A DNA stretch of 64,000 bases from Epithemia pelagica (GCA_946965045.2 OX337231.1:2976001-3040000), one strand, 5' to 3'; positions 10,317 to 22,704 are shown, counted from the stretch's first letter. Notes: generated by a model from the sequence alone, not told the origin. Numbers and translations are program-made.

Positions 10317-12143
10317 ATGCGCTTGACGCTGCTGTGGAATTTGGTATCGTGGTCGTGGCTGTGGCTGGCCACTTTGTTGCTTCATGTGATCAGCCAATGT
10401 CCTGATGTTTCAGCAGGGAAGACGACCAATTTTGACACGATTCTTTCACCGTCCCACGCAAACTTCTGGTACACAGACGCGAAAGTCGGAGCTTCGGGCT
10501 CTGTGGATTTTTCCAACTTAGTGTTTGAACCAGTATCTGAACCGTTCTCTTCGAACTTCGATGAGACCACAAGATTCACAGTTGATCTTGCGTTCTTCCG
10601 AGAACCGGACGAGTGTTCGAAGATATCATCACATGAGTGTGACTGGACGCAAGTTGGAGTGGGTGCGAAGGACAATGCTGGACGTCTTCGTCGGTGCTGC
10701 ACAGAAGAAAGTTATGGACTTGGAACATGCGCCGAGGGGCAACTGGGACGAATGATTTTAGTTCCAGATCAGTTTGATGGATCTCATCGATTCATCCAGA
10801 TCCCTGCAACGGGAAACGTGAAATATAAGCTCAAATACCCGTTGTTGCAAGTTCAGCAATCTGGGGAATATGTGGTTGCCTTCTCCAATTGCAACGTCGA
10901 TGGCAGGCAAGTTCATGTCTCTGGGGATATCGTTTGGAAAGGTAGTTTGGATGAATCTGGCAATGAAGAGGCCACGGTCACGGACAGGCTATCTGAGGGA
11001 TTGACTGAATGTGGATTTGAAATGGGAAGCGTTTTCGCAGATGGAGAGGTTTCCCCACAATTTATCTTGTCTCTTTTGGAGCTATCTACGCCTTGTACGA
11101 CCGACGAACAAGAGGAGTCCATGCGTCAGGCATTTCTTTCGTTTGAACGGTGTTCAAACTTTGAACTACTTGAGCTGGGTGAGGCGTTTCCGTCATCCCT
11201 TCTCGGTGTATTGCAAAAATGCGTTGACACCATGTCGCCCAACGGTTGGTCATCTCTCGGGGATTCGGAAGAGTGTGCCTCGTCACTGTTTGGGAACCAT
11301 CCTTTGGGGAACATGATTCGTGATATTGTTATTCACCCGGGGAAAACTGCAGAGTGTTTTCGTGATTTGGCGGAACAAATCCCTACCTGCTCCATGGATT
11401 TGTGGCCTTTCCCCGTAAGTGGCGAGATTGTCCGAATGGGTGCCTGTATCGCTGCAAAGATTGAAGATATGGTATTGGGTCAATGTACAGACATTTTGGA
11501 CACTCTTTACCGACAGTGTCTCCCAAACTACCCTATCTTGTCATCGGACTGTGATGACATAATCAGCCGCTGCAAGAGCTTTTTTGACAGAGTCTCATTC
11601 ACTCCAGACCCATGGGGAAATCTTCTAGGTGCTTTGTTGGGGATGCCATTACCACTCCCCTGTAAGAAGGAAGCCGAACAGAAAAATATGACTTTTATGG
11701 TTGATTCCTATGAATCATTTCGTGAGACTTGTGATGTCGTGGGCAAATCTCTTTGGAAACATATGGAAGAATTCGACATCAATAGCAACGATTCTACATT
11801 ACGAACTTTCCAGGAGTTCATGTTACAGAAAAAGCAAGACGACGCTAAATCACCCAACAAGGATACGGAAACTACTTCCGTTTTTCTGGACTTCTCTCCA
11901 CAGGAAGGCTGCATGGAGGTGGAGACAGCAAAAGAGCCTGAAACTTCAGCGGATGGGACAATCAGCACGGAACGAAACGGGGCAGCATCTTTTGGAAAAG
12001 GAATCATGACAGCTTTTGCCCTATCTTTAGTAGGCTATATTCTCTTGGTGGTGTTCAGGAAAAACCGGGCAAGAAGGACTATCAATGATGCTGATCCAAG
12101 CTTTGAACATGTTCCTGGGGGTGAACACGACATTGTTATGTGA
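10317..12143 (+). CDS. Single-pass type I membrane protein with Cys-rich ectodomain; N-terminal part resembles the GOST/TMEM87 luminal domain
   Basis: Signal peptide from ATG 10317, many Cys, one C-terminal TM (GIMTAFALSLVGYILLVVF) followed by a basic stop-transfer (RKNRARR). Confidence 0.75.
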   Translation: MRLTLLWNLVSWSWLWLATLLLHVISQCPDVSAGKTTNFDTILSPSHANFWYTDAKVGASGSVDFSNLVFEPVSEPFSSNFDETTRFTVDLAFFREPDECSKISSHECDWTQVGVGAKDNAGRLRRCCTEESYGLGTCAEGQLGRMILVPDQFDGSHRFIQIPATGNVKYKLKYPLLQVQQSGEYVVAFSNCNVDGRQVHVSGDIVWKGSLDESGNEEATVTDRLSEGLTECGFEMGSVFADGEVSPQFILSLLELSTPCTTDEQEESMRQAFLSFERCSNFELLELGEAFPSSLLGVLQKCVDTMSPNGWSSLGDSEECASSLFGNHPLGNMIRDIVIHPGKTAECFRDLAEQIPTCSMDLWPFPVSGEIVRMGACIAAKIEDMVLGQCTDILDTLYRQCLPNYPILSSDCDDIISRCKSFFDRVSFTPDPWGNLLGALLGMPLPLPCKKEAEQKNMTFMVDSYESFRETCDVVGKSLWKHMEEFDINSNDSTLRTFQEFMLQKKQDDAKSPNKDTETTSVFLDFSPQEGCMEVETAKEPETSADGTISTERNGAASFGKGIMTAFALSLVGYILLVVFRKNRARRTINDADPSFEHVPGGEHDIVM

Positions 12144-12398
12144 CGCCCTTGATCATCGTTTGAATCATGATTCTCTTGGGCCTACATTTGTGTTCAAGTC
12201 ACCTCCTTGCTCAGAGTTCTCGAGAAGGCCATCTTGTTTGTTGTTGCACATCTCGAGACTTGGCCTTAAGACAAAAATTGCCGGACATGGCTTAACACAT
12301 ACCGTTGCCGGTCACAGCTCACCGGAGGGCCTAACAGCTACATCTTTAGGCTGTTCTGGAAGTTTCTCAAAGGGTATTATTTTGTATTTCCTACACTC

Positions 12399-13382
12399 CT
12401 ATTTCTTCGCTTCGTTGATTTGCGCTTTCTTAGCGGCCTCACGTTCCAGACGTTGCTCTTCTTCTCGTTCCGCATTCTTTTTAGCTGCCTCTCTCTCGGC
12501 CCGTTGCTGGAGTTGGAACCAATACTTCTTTTCCTTGATGGTCCTCGCCTGATAAATTTTCAATTGAAAATCAATTTCTCGTAGAACGACTCTCATATGG
12601 GCAGACCTATGTCTAAGTCTCCCAGCTTGCCCTTTGCCCATGGGTTTGATTCCTTTCCTCGTTTTCGCTGGAGTGGCGAAACATTCGGCGACTTCCAATG
12701 CCGATTTCTGAATGCCATGTCGAATGTCGGCTAAATTGGATGTTCGAGCCAAGACTTTCTTAACCAAGGGCGCCTTCTTTCGTTTCAAGAACGTAAGCTG
12801 AAGCAGAGCCTCCTCTAAGGGCATTCGCGTAGTGAACTGACACACACAATTGAGTTTCCATGGAGATCCTCGAATGTCCTTTTGTGTTCCAATATAGGTC
12901 TTGAGATTGCGCAGGCGCCTCGCCACCAAACGAGGTTTCAATCGAGGATGGTAACCCGTTCGAAACGCCACCATTTCTCTTCCATCGGCTGTATGTACCA
13001 CCGTAGGTTTTGTGTAAAAGGGGTCCTGTAAGAGTTTGAGGGTTCGTTCGTCAATCGCATTCGAACTGTCCTCAGCACTGGCCATCGCAGTGTCACTGGA
13101 AACGTATGATGACGGGGATAATGCGGGAGTCGAATCGCTATTTGTCGAACTATTTCTTGCCAACCACAGCCAAGGGCGTAGTCTACCTTGTGCAACCGAT
13201 GAGGAAGACAAGGGGGTTAGTGTCGTTTGCCATTTCGATCCGACTGCTGCAGTACTGAATCTCAGTCTGGATTTTTCAGAATCCATGAAGGCTCGCCTTG
13301 TCAAGTTACCTCCACCCCATGCCGGATACTTTGAGGGATGAAAGATTACAAGTTGTCTACAAATGGTCCTCATTCTCTCCAT
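12399..13382 (-). CDS. MRPL22: Mitochondrial ribosomal protein uL22m
   Basis: IRGSPWKLN...ALLQLTF...KGIKPMGKGQAGRLRHRSAHMRVVLRE is the L22 core. N-terminal transit-like extension. Confidence 0.85.
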   Translation of the reverse strand: MERMRTICRQLVIFHPSKYPAWGGGNLTRRAFMDSEKSRLRFSTAAVGSKWQTTLTPLSSSSVAQGRLRPWLWLARNSSTNSDSTPALSPSSYVSSDTAMASAEDSSNAIDERTLKLLQDPFYTKPTVVHTADGREMVAFRTGYHPRLKPRLVARRLRNLKTYIGTQKDIRGSPWKLNCVCQFTTRMPLEEALLQLTFLKRKKAPLVKKVLARTSNLADIRHGIQKSALEVAECFATPAKTRKGIKPMGKGQAGRLRHRSAHMRVVLREIDFQLKIYQARTIKEKKYWFQLQQRAEREAAKKNAEREEEQRLEREAAKKAQINEAKK

Positions 13383-13699
13383 GGTTACCAGAGTTGTTCT
13401 CAGCGTTGTTGATGGATGGTGGACATGAGATTCTGGGTTGAAAAAGATACTCTCTATCATGGGTCGCGTTAGGGTCGCGCTGTATACCGTTGGCTGTTGG
13501 CTGAGGAGAAAAACGTGGTCTGTATCAAACCTCTCCATTCAGAACTTTTGTGGGCCGTTTCAAGATTTTGGCCTCGGGTCTTCGTGGTTGGTTGGTATAA
13601 GAGATTGAAATAGAATACTAGAGCAGCCAGCTTCACCGAGGGCGACTTGAATCCGTTCGAGTCAATGCTCTAAAAGAGCTCCTGCTCAGTGATTGAAGC

Positions 13700-15685
13700 A
13701 TGGCGGCGATGGCGACACACCAACAAGCGACTGCAGCACAACCCACTTCGGTTTTCTGGATGGAGTTCTGGAAGGCGTTGGCACTGCAGCAGCACCAAAC
13801 AAATGTGGAACCATCGTCGACGACGACTGTTTCGACCAACGAAGTGATTGTGGCTGGGACCAAACGTGCGGCTCGAGATTCGGTCGGAAAATTAATGAGC
13901 CAGCGAATGCTGGAAAATCCATTGGATCACGGTCCGTTCTCTGTTGCTTGGACTTGCCATATGATGATTGAAACTACAGTGCTATCATCCTCATCGGCAG
14001 TCAGTCCAGAAACAACGATTGCAGCATCCTTGGCACTAGCAACTTTCTTCTTTCATCCACCGGAAAATGAGACTAAAAACGAAGGACAATCCTCAATGAT
14101 CACAAATGAATTCTCTCCACTGTCCTCCTCAACGAATTGGACGTTTTCTTGGCGTCATAGATTGGGCTGTCTCTCTATCTTGGATGTTCTTTGTGAACAA
14201 TTTGTGTCCAACAAGTCACAGTCGCCTCTCTTCCCTATGCTGGTGGTAGATGCTATGGCATGTCTACGGAGCAGTGAGCAGCAGCTTCAAAATCCACCCA
14301 CCACTGCCAATGTGACAGACCTTGCGCCGGCCTCATTGTCACCAGATAATTTTCTCGAACAAGAGTGTATACTATTTTTTGTCGATTCGTTATTGCCTGA
14401 TATTGTGGGAGCTGAGACGTATGCCTTGATGGGTAGTAGCAATGAACCCATACCGGAACATGTGCGACAACAAGTGGAAGATTCGATCCAACACTGGACC
14501 GCAATTTATCAGCGAGCGCAATATGTCAATCCGATTCTGTGGGCGACCCGGCCGTCAGAGCTGGACATTCTCAAGTCCATGTTTCCAGCTACTACCGAAG
14601 AGACAACGAGTGAAAACGAAAGCAACAACAACAATGCTACAAACCATGATGGACTGTCGATTATGAACATTCTCCAACACCCCTTGCCATCCGTCGATGC
14701 AGCATTTGCCAGGCCTCTACCTCCCCCAATGCTTCCAATCTTTGGTTTCCATGATGACGAAGCGGCACTGACGGCCGATGAAGAACAGCAGGTTGCTGAA
14801 TATCTTCATGGACAACTCAACTGGTTGACTCCCACTAACTTGAGACTGATGCTTTTGCCAGACGATGAAGAAGAGGATTTGGAAGCAACTGAATTGTTCC
14901 GCCAAGCTTTGGAGCTCTTTCAGAACAAGGCGTTTGTTAAGCCTTTGGCACCCAATGAACAGCGATCCGTGTTGCAAATTTTAAGTGACAAGAAAGGTTC
15001 ATCGGGGAGAGATTCTGTGGCGGCTGCAACCACTTCTTCGTCGGAACACAGTTCCGTTCCATCCTCGTCCTTGAACGACAAGGATGGCAGTGGCGACTAT
15101 TGTGAAGAGAATTTGGCAGTTCGATTGATTCAAGAGTCTGGGCTGACTCCACAGAACTTACCCCGCTTGGTAGAACAGAATCCCTTGGTGGCAACGGAAT
15201 GCTTGTTGCGTATTCTTTCGTCGTCTCCACCGATTCGTACAGAGGAGGAGAAAACGGAATATTTATCAAGTTTGGTGGGTATGGATGTGCGTTTGCATAC
15301 CATGGAGGTGGTCAATCGCTTGGCTACCTACAACGTGCCATCGAGTGCTACCCGTGATGGTAATGGCGTTGCTGCTGTCACGGCAAGTGGTGGAAGTTCT
15401 CCCCCTCGAGAATCGGTCCTACATCCCGAGTACATTTTGCTGTTCATCACGAGTTGTATCGCCAGCTGTGAAAACGTTCAAGATCGCCATATGCAAAATC
15501 GATTGGTACGATTGGTCTGCGTCTTTATTCAATCATTGCTTCGGAACGGAATTGTGCAAGTGGAAGACATTCAGTTTGAAGTCCAGTCCTTTTGTGTGAA
15601 ATTTTCTCGTATACGAGAAGCCTCCGCCTTGTTCTCAACGACACAGCGTGCAGTCCGACAGCGAGTGCGGGCTGAGTTCCCGTAA
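13700..15685 (+). CDS. CNOT11: CCR4-NOT complex subunit 11
   Basis: C-terminal [12 protein letters not shown]...HTMEVVNRL...[15 protein letters not shown]...[15 protein letters not shown] is the conserved CNOT11 domain. Confidence 0.9.
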   Translation: MAAMATHQQATAAQPTSVFWMEFWKALALQQHQTNVEPSSTTTVSTNEVIVAGTKRAARDSVGKLMSQRMLENPLDHGPFSVAWTCHMMIETTVLSSSSAVSPETTIAASLALATFFFHPPENETKNEGQSSMITNEFSPLSSSTNWTFSWRHRLGCLSILDVLCEQFVSNKSQSPLFPMLVVDAMACLRSSEQQLQNPPTTANVTDLAPASLSPDNFLEQECILFFVDSLLPDIVGAETYALMGSSNEPIPEHVRQQVEDSIQHWTAIYQRAQYVNPILWATRPSELDILKSMFPATTEETTSENESNNNNATNHDGLSIMNILQHPLPSVDAAFARPLPPPMLPIFGFHDDEAALTADEEQQVAEYLHGQLNWLTPTNLRLMLLPDDEEEDLEATELFRQALELFQNKAFVKPLAPNEQRSVLQILSDKKGSSGRDSVAAATTSSSEHSSVPSSSLNDKDGSGDYCEENLAVRLIQESGLTPQNLPRLVEQNPLVATECLLRILSSSPPIRTEEEKTEYLSSLVGMDVRLHTMEVVNRLATYNVPSSATRDGNGVAAVTASGGSSPPRESVLHPEYILLFITSCIASCENVQDRHMQNRLVRLVCVFIQSLLRNGIVQVEDIQFEVQSFCVKFSRIREASALFSTTQRAVRQRVRAEFP

Positions 15686-15923
15686 CTGAACGATGGACAA
15701 GCTACAACAAATTAAAACTTATGACTCCTAAGCTGAACATGACTAATGGATAAATAATCTTGGTTAAACAAACAAGATCCAGTAATATCGTTGAGAGTCA
15801 AGAAGTAGAAGTAAGATGAATACTACCTATTTGAGATAAGTAGGATTCTCCAAATCTCCCGCAAAGAATCCGCATAAGCAATGGGCCTACGCCATCGAAG
15901 GTCGAAGTGGTGAAAGCCAGAAG

Positions 15924-16346
15924 TCAGTTGAATGAATCTGACAGTGTTCCTACAGACTCCTCCCGAGACCAAACAGCCTCTCGCATTGCATTCCCAAGCA
16001 TGGCAAGTGACATTAACACAAGGAGCGCGGACACAAAGCGATTCCGTTGACATTTTGAATGGTCCTCATTTCCAATTGGTGTTGGAAGGTCATCTAATGG
16101 GACGGGTGTGCACGGAAGAGAAGAACAGTTCTCCACATCTCGACTCTCGTCGTTCCAAAAGTCTAACAGAGAGGACTGGGCCATTTCATTTATCGATGAA
16201 CTTGGTTCGCCGAGAGTGCTTTGCTTCGACAATTCATCTGGACTCAGGTTGTCTGTATCCTCAGGAAGGTCATCTTCGATATACGGGCCTGGTTGTGTCA
16301 TCTCCAGAGGCATGATGTCTATAGCACCTGTTGATCTCACGTTCAA
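15924..16346 (-). CDS. Small hypothetical protein with a C-terminal hydrophobic segment
   Basis: ATG-initiated 140-aa ORF filling the gap between genes; acidic N-terminus and one TM-like stretch (FVSALLVLMSLAMLG). Confidence 0.4.
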   Translation of the reverse strand: MNVRSTGAIDIMPLEMTQPGPYIEDDLPEDTDNLSPDELSKQSTLGEPSSSINEMAQSSLLDFWNDESRDVENCSSLPCTPVPLDDLPTPIGNEDHSKCQRNRFVSALLVLMSLAMLGNAMREAVWSREESVGTLSDSFN

Positions 16347-16856
16347 ACTATCAAGTATAAGAGCTTCAAAATAAAAGGATCTTATTCCTTGGTTTCGGCT
16401 ACAACAAATCTATTATGTGGTCATGGATTGTGTTTGTGTCGTGTAAACCAGAATAAACGACATCGTCTTCTCATGGTCGGAATGCGTGTAGGTGTAGGCT
16501 AGAGTGTTGTGTACGAGCGTATCCGTAGTCGTGTGAAAGAAAGAACTCCCACAGAACTCCCACCGAACTCCCACAACGCCCCCGCATGTAAGGTTATCTT
16601 TGGAGAAAAAACAGGCCTTCCGTTTGCCTTCACTTCAAAATTTAAAAGCTCATCTCGCGAGCATGTCTGGCTCGTCTTTCCGCGACTGTTAATTTCAAAG
16701 GCACGCAGGCCCCTCCACGCGCCACAAATTGAATTCAGGTTTGGGTTTGGCCCACTTTTTCTTTGGATCAACGCATCCTCACAAAACTATTCTCATCGTA
16801 CAAAAAGCTGATCCATTTCGGATATTCGAGACCTCAAGCTCTTCACAACTTTCACC

Positions 16857-17332
16857 ATGATTTCAAGATTGTCGACCATCCTTCTTTCACTGATAGTTCT
16901 TATTGCTGTCACTCTAGCGCAAAGCAAAAAGGTAGGTACATAGCATCGCGACCGAAGCTACTACCATGGAATGAGTTTGCCATATCGTCTCAACCAAACA
17001 TTCCCCCGGTTGTCTTGTGTGTACAGCCCGACTTTGACAAGTTTTTTCCATGGGACGAATGTTTGAATGGTCCCAACGAGTACGGTCCCTGCGATCATTC
17101 AAAATTCCCCGTTTGCAAAGACGATGAACAAATCTGCTACAACCGACGACCTCGTCAAGACAAGTTTTATTCGGACAATCGACAGCCCTATTTCTTTATT
17201 GATTACCGAAATGTCTATTGTTATCCAGACTATTGGGGCGGATGCTCCAGCTGCACACCCGGCAGACTTTGTGTGTCGGAAAACCGTTGCATCTTGGAAG
17301 AGAAGGATTACGAGTGCACAAAATGGATTTAG
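16857..17332 (+). CDS. Small secreted cysteine-rich protein (~126 aa), 2 exons
   Basis: ATG 16857 gives MISRLSTILLSLIVLIAVTLAQSKK. GT-AG intron 16932..17026 joins in frame to PDFDKFFPWDEC... 10 Cys in the mature part. Confidence 0.75.
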
Positions 17333-17662
17333 GGAGAAACCTCCGAACATTGCGTGGAGGTAGCCCGCTCATGTACACTAAGACAAGCCATGAACTTTTC
17401 TAATATCATATCACGCGACTTAACTATATAGATGACACGGACTTCGAACAAAAATAGGATATAACAAGGCTCCATATCATCGTTTTCCGTCGGTTAACAC
17501 ATGACAGAATGCCATCAATGACACAGTGTCAGGTACAGGTTAGGACAGCTGTCATCAGGTTCATCAAACGATATATCAACCATCGGGTTTGGGTGCCGAC
17601 GTACGATTGCCATTCCACTTGCAGGACCGAGGATGACTCCGTTACCCTTTGGTTTCCAAACT

Positions 17663-18409
17663 TCATCCTGATGTTGGTGCAACTTGATTGGCCGGGTTTT
17701 CAGGACTCTTTTTCCACAGATTCCACACCTTTTCCTTGTATTGCGTGAGACGCAATCCAGGATTTTCTTCCTTCACAATTGGCAACATCTTGGCCTCAAA
17801 CGCATTGTACAAGGCCTTGTTGGACTTGGCGTCTCCTCCAGAGACTCCCAGACTAGACAAGGCATTATCAATACCCGATGTATCTTCGGCAGCCATTCGA
17901 TCTAAATTGGCTTGTCGACCCACCTCACCCGTTAACATTTCCTCCGTGGCCGCCAACATTTTATCGGAAGCCGTTTCATGTGCGTTGGCTGTTTGGGCTT
18001 GCTGTTGTTGTTGCTTCTGTTGATCTTCCTTGGCTTTTAGATCCGCACGCTTCATCTTTACCTTTTTGTCGGCTGCACTCACCAAGGCGTCTTCCAACAA
18101 GGACAAGTCATTTTTCTTTTTGTTATTCTTTTTCGTGGGTACCTTTACTTTGGGTTTGCCCGACGATTCCGCTTCTTCTGCTGCCAACAGGTCGGCCTTT
18201 TCTCGTCTTTTTCGTGCCGCTTCATCGGCCTTGGCTGCTGCTGCATCGTCTCGAGAGGCCTTGCGATTGTTGGCTCCCTTTTTCCATTCCAATGCTTCTT
18301 GAGCCTCCACCCGAGCGGCCTCATCCGAGGCTTTTTGGGCTGCGTGTTGGTCCTTCTTGGCTTGAGCCGCCACGGCCTTCGAATTTGGAGCTTTCTTGCC
18401 ACCCGCCAT
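17663..18409 (-). CDS. CCDC124: Coiled-coil domain-containing protein 124 (Lso2/Oxs1 family)
   Basis: N-terminal NSKAVAA...W..G and C-terminal ALYNAFE...VKEENPGLRLTQYKEKVWNLWKKSPENP. Confidence 0.9.
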   Translation of the reverse strand: MAGGKKAPNSKAVAAQAKKDQHAAQKASDEAARVEAQEALEWKKGANNRKASRDDAAAAKADEAARKRREKADLLAAEEAESSGKPKVKVPTKKNNKKKNDLSLLEDALVSAADKKVKMKRADLKAKEDQQKQQQQQAQTANAHETASDKMLAATEEMLTGEVGRQANLDRMAAEDTSGIDNALSSLGVSGGDAKSNKALYNAFEAKMLPIVKEENPGLRLTQYKEKVWNLWKKSPENPANQVAPTSG

Positions 18410-18790
18410 TGTGTGTTTGGAGTCTTCTCAGGAGCAGAACGCTTGAACCTTGCTTTTATGGGCTTGATGCTTTTTCTTACAGTCGTACGATTGGTAAACG
18501 AGAGATATGGATGGACGCGTCGAAAGTCCGACGAAAATCGGAGAGGGATCACCAGACGCTCGTGGGTCGCTCTTAGAAGTCCGTTTTTTTGTCAGAACTC
18601 TGTTGTTCAGTTTCCAGTTCTGGGTGATGCTGATCAGAGAAGATTGAACAACGAAAGAGAAAAAACAACAACATTGCCTTTGAGGAGCCTGGACGGTAAA
18701 GAAAGTTCCGTCGTGGCTGGAGAGACGACCCATATCATTGTTGACGAAGCAACAGAAACACCCACCACAAATCCAACCGCGCACCCAACC

Positions 18791-20401
18791 ATGTCCCCAC
18801 AGGCAAGCCACGTCAATGATACGAACGAGCAAGATGCGTCGGTTCCAAGCAAGGCTACGGAATCTTGTTTGTTGCTGTTGCAACAGACATTGCCATCGCC
18901 GTCCAAGGCGTCCATTTCTCGAAGCGACCAAGAACGCCGGCTTGGCTACAAAACGAGATTGGAGTCCTTTCATCCAGCCACTTACTTTGCCAAACCCTGT
19001 TCCATCTCACCCATTGTTGTGGCTCGGTTCGGGTAAGATGAAACTTGCTATGCACGATTGTTCCTGTGTTGGTATTGATGGATCCTCAATACAATATTTT
19101 TCGTCTCTATGGTTGCTTTTTCTATCATTGTGTATGTGTACATTTATAGATGGAAAAATGTCGATAGAGATGTGCTGCAGTGCGTTGGATGCAATGCCTT
19201 TGTGGCTGTCATTTTGAATTCGCAGTTGTCGGCACAAGGGACCCTAAAATTGACAGCCTGGTATGAATCGCAACTCGCCCATGCCCATCAGGTATCCTGT
19301 CCCTTTCGTCGGCTGGCCCAAGAATATTTTGGATTGACCACGGAACACATTAGCGACAACCGTCAATCACCACCACCAACTACCACACCAATACCAAACG
19401 AAACAAGGCGAGAATCCAAAATTCAACCTCGTGCTGTGTCTAGTTTTGTCATGCTTGCAAGCGTTTTGCCTCCCGTGGAAGTCGAGTTGTTAGAACATCC
19501 AAAGCCAATTCATCTTCTTCAAACCTTTGTCAAACAACTCGTAGTCCTTCCCCAATCCGAGAAACTGGAACGGTACAAGGAAAATCTCCCCTCGCATGTG
19601 GCATTGGCGCTTGGACTGTCCACCACGAAGACCGCTGGCTCGAATGAATCACCGAATTCGGTCCTGACACAGTTATTGGATATCCTCTTTCCGGACCGAC
19701 ACCAAGAACCCAACACAGCAATGTCCGAGACAACATGGGAGACCTGTTTGTTGTTAACCTTGTTGGGATGGAGGGTACAAACGGACCAACTACGCGACGA
19801 AAAGGAGGGGACAGAACAACCCAACTCTTTGGGAGGCAAAAGCACGCAAACTCAATCTCAAAGGTTTTGGCTGCAATGTCCCTTGTGTCTTGCCACACTC
19901 ACTGTTCCTGAAAACGACAATGACAATGACAGCGGAACTACGGTCACAGCGAAAGAAACAACAACAAACACAACCAGCACTGACGCTGACCAGAATAGCA
20001 CAGGTACTGCGACCGTGGCTCGGGGGCCAAACGACAAAGAGGAGGCGATGCCCGAACACAAACGTGCACGGACTGTAACACGATGCAATCCATGTCGTGC
20101 TCATCGGTATTACTGTCCCTACCAATGTGGATTTCCACAAAACTCGGGAGGTATGGAAACGGGCAACAAGAACTTGCCTGTCTGGCAAGAGTTGGTAAAC
20201 AAGTTTTCTCTGGCAAGCACGGAGAAAACGATGGATAATGAAAACGAAAACACTCCACAAAAAGAGAAAGCAGTCGAATCGCCAAGCAACGACGAAGAAC
20301 AACCTTCGGCATGGATGCGTGTTCATCAAATGTTGCTGGGAGGTTTGGCAGCACGACCCCATGCGCCACGAGGAAAGATCGCCTTGTCTCATGGATCATG
20401 A
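18791..20401 (+). CDS. C3HC zinc-finger protein (NIPA/ZC3HC1/Rsm1-like), 2 exons
   Basis: RLESF...AKPCSISPIVVARFG | intron 19033..19149 | WKNVDRDVLQCVGC; later LGW...LQCPLC and HRYYCP. Confidence 0.8.
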
Positions 20402-20566
20402 CCAGGACGGTTGACGGGGACCACCAATTCAATGCATAGGAAATTAATACAAAACAAAACTTGCGCTGCTCAGAGACTGTATTTAGGAGTAGTAGTACAG
20501 ACTGCTCTCTAGTTTGTTCTATGCAGTAGTTTTCTATGGCTTCCAATCGTTTGTTGTTGTTTCCTC

Positions 20567-22009
20567 TCAGCTGGTTCGGATTCGTTTCGGAGCATTGGTG
20601 TCATTGTCTTGGGCTGCTCGTGGATGATTGGAACGGGTAGTGGACAAGGGAGAGTGCTCGTCTGGTTGTTGTTGTTGTTGAACTGGCGGTGGTGGTCGAG
20701 ACACAAAGTCTTTGCCCCGAATCCCCTCGTGACAAATTTGAAAGACGGCCGTCCCCGAGGCTCGACAGGTGGATTTGGTCAAGTGACATGCATACAAGAG
20801 TTTTGAGGAGGCTGGTGACGCCAATGAGGACGACAGGTGCGACGGTGGTTGTTTTTGAAGGAGGATCCGTGTCGTCACGGCATGGGCCCAAGCCATGCCC
20901 AAGGCCGGAACCAACTGATTTTTCGAACCGAAAGTGGACGAGGACGACGATATTGATGAGGAAGTAGTATTGGGTACTTGTTTGGTTGTCATTTGATTGA
21001 TTGTGACAATGGCCACTTGATAGGTGACTGCCAATTGTTGCAATCGTTGAACGAGGTTGGACAAGTGTCGTGTTCGAGTGGCATAATCGACTGACTGTTT
21101 GTTGTTGGTGGGAGGAGCCGCCGCTCGATAATGAAAGGCCATGGAATCCACCACCACCAATCGAATGGGAAAGCTTTCGGAGGATTCCGCTTGGGCGGCG
21201 GCCTCTTGCAATCGTTGTTCCAACTGATACAAGAGGGCCGTTTGAGCACCCAAATCGTAAACACGATGAACGTGAATGCTTTTCAAAATGGTTTCGGCCG
21301 TAAACCAGGCTGGTATGGAACGGTACTGTCGTGTCATCGTCAATGATTGTGATGGTTGTTGTTGGTTTCGTTGCTGCTGTTCCAGTCGTTGTCGATGGGC
21401 ACGAGTAATGTGTTGGACCAATTCGTGGGCCATGGTGGCACATCGAGAGGGTGCAAAACTGCCTTCGGCATCCATATAGAGGGTATCTCCTTGAACACCC
21501 CCCAAACCGGTGGGTAATTTGGCATTGACCGCCAACTGCATGGCCCATTGCGTCTTGCCAGAACCGGGAGGACCCGCCACTTCTGTCACTTCCCCCAATC
21601 GAATGCCGCCTCCCAACAATTCATCCACCGCCCGTGAAAATGTGACAATGCAACGACCCAACAAAAAGGACGATGATGATGACGAGGAGGACAAGGCTGT
21701 TGGTTGCGATGGGTGTTGTAATGATGATGTTGATGATGATGATGTTGGTTGTACCAATTGTTGAATTTCCCGATGAATGCGAGCCGCCACGGCCGGAGAA
21801 ATGCCTCCCAATTCGGCGGCCAAGGTGGTCATGCCACCTCGTGCGACAGACTGACTAATTTCTCGACAGGTTCCCGTAAAGCCCTGAGCTTGCAACAAGG
21901 ACCGTGTCGATGGTCGTAGTGGCAAATCCGAAATCCTACTATCCCAGGTAAACAAGGACGACGAGGAGGAGGAGGACGAACCTCCCGTCGGGACCGTTCT
22001 GGTTGTCAT
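20567..22009 (-). CDS. RAD51C: RAD51 paralogue, RAD51C-like
   Basis: Walker A GPPGSGKT, QLAVNA, YMDAEGSF, Walker B LVVVDS, INQMTT, PALGMAWAH. ORF is open from 22123. Confidence 0.8.
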   Translation of the reverse strand: MTTRTVPTGGSSSSSSSSLFTWDSRISDLPLRPSTRSLLQAQGFTGTCREISQSVARGGMTTLAAELGGISPAVAARIHREIQQLVQPTSSSSTSSLQHPSQPTALSSSSSSSSFLLGRCIVTFSRAVDELLGGGIRLGEVTEVAGPPGSGKTQWAMQLAVNAKLPTGLGGVQGDTLYMDAEGSFAPSRCATMAHELVQHITRAHRQRLEQQQRNQQQPSQSLTMTRQYRSIPAWFTAETILKSIHVHRVYDLGAQTALLYQLEQRLQEAAAQAESSESFPIRLVVVDSMAFHYRAAAPPTNNKQSVDYATRTRHLSNLVQRLQQLAVTYQVAIVTINQMTTKQVPNTTSSSISSSSSTFGSKNQLVPALGMAWAHAVTTRILLQKQPPSHLSSSLASPASSKLLYACHLTKSTCRASGTAVFQICHEGIRGKDFVSRPPPPVQQQQQPDEHSPLSTTRSNHPRAAQDNDTNAPKRIRTS

Positions 22010-22704
22010 TGTCCTTGTTGTCGAGTACCTAGAACGGGGGCTGCCCAACCGAATGGTAATTTGTAGACCACGGAATCCAGGCTTCTCAAGTAGCAAATGG
22101 TAGGAACGAGAGGATTGATGCACGAGAGATGCGACAATTTATCAACAGACGAGGCAAGGGACAACACAGAGTATAATGGATGATGCGATTAACGAAAATT
22201 GTGTGGGTGAAGAGCACAAGAATTTTTCCTGAGACTTTGTCTGCTGGTTTCTGAATGTTTCTGGTATATTCCATATCCCATTAGTGTTATCGTATCCGTA
22301 TCTGACATTTTCTGAGAGTTTTCGGGAAAGGGACGGTGGGAGGTGCTGCCTCCACGACACGCCGGGCATCTCATCAAGTCGGGCGCGTTGCGATGTCGGC
22401 AGACAGAATGACTGTCATGTACTGGAAGCTTACTGACTGACTGACTGACTTAGCCTGGCGTGCGCGACAGGGCCACGCGAACGCGAACAACGCGCACGGC
22501 AGCTACCACCACAACAAATGAGAACACAGCGCATGTATCGGCATCATTGAATCAACACACCACACCAAAACGCAACAATAGAATAGCAAGTCCTGGAAAA
22601 ACGAAAAACACAAAGGAACCTCGTCTCCCTTCTCGTTCCTTTCTACGGCTGGTTGATTCAGTGGTCCACTTCGTTGTTGCTGGTACCGAAAGGCCACTAG
22701 AAGA

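Noticed and set aside
22432-22450. (GACT)n microsatellite in the RAD51C/P450 spacer
   Set aside because: Only about four units; an ordinary simple repeat.
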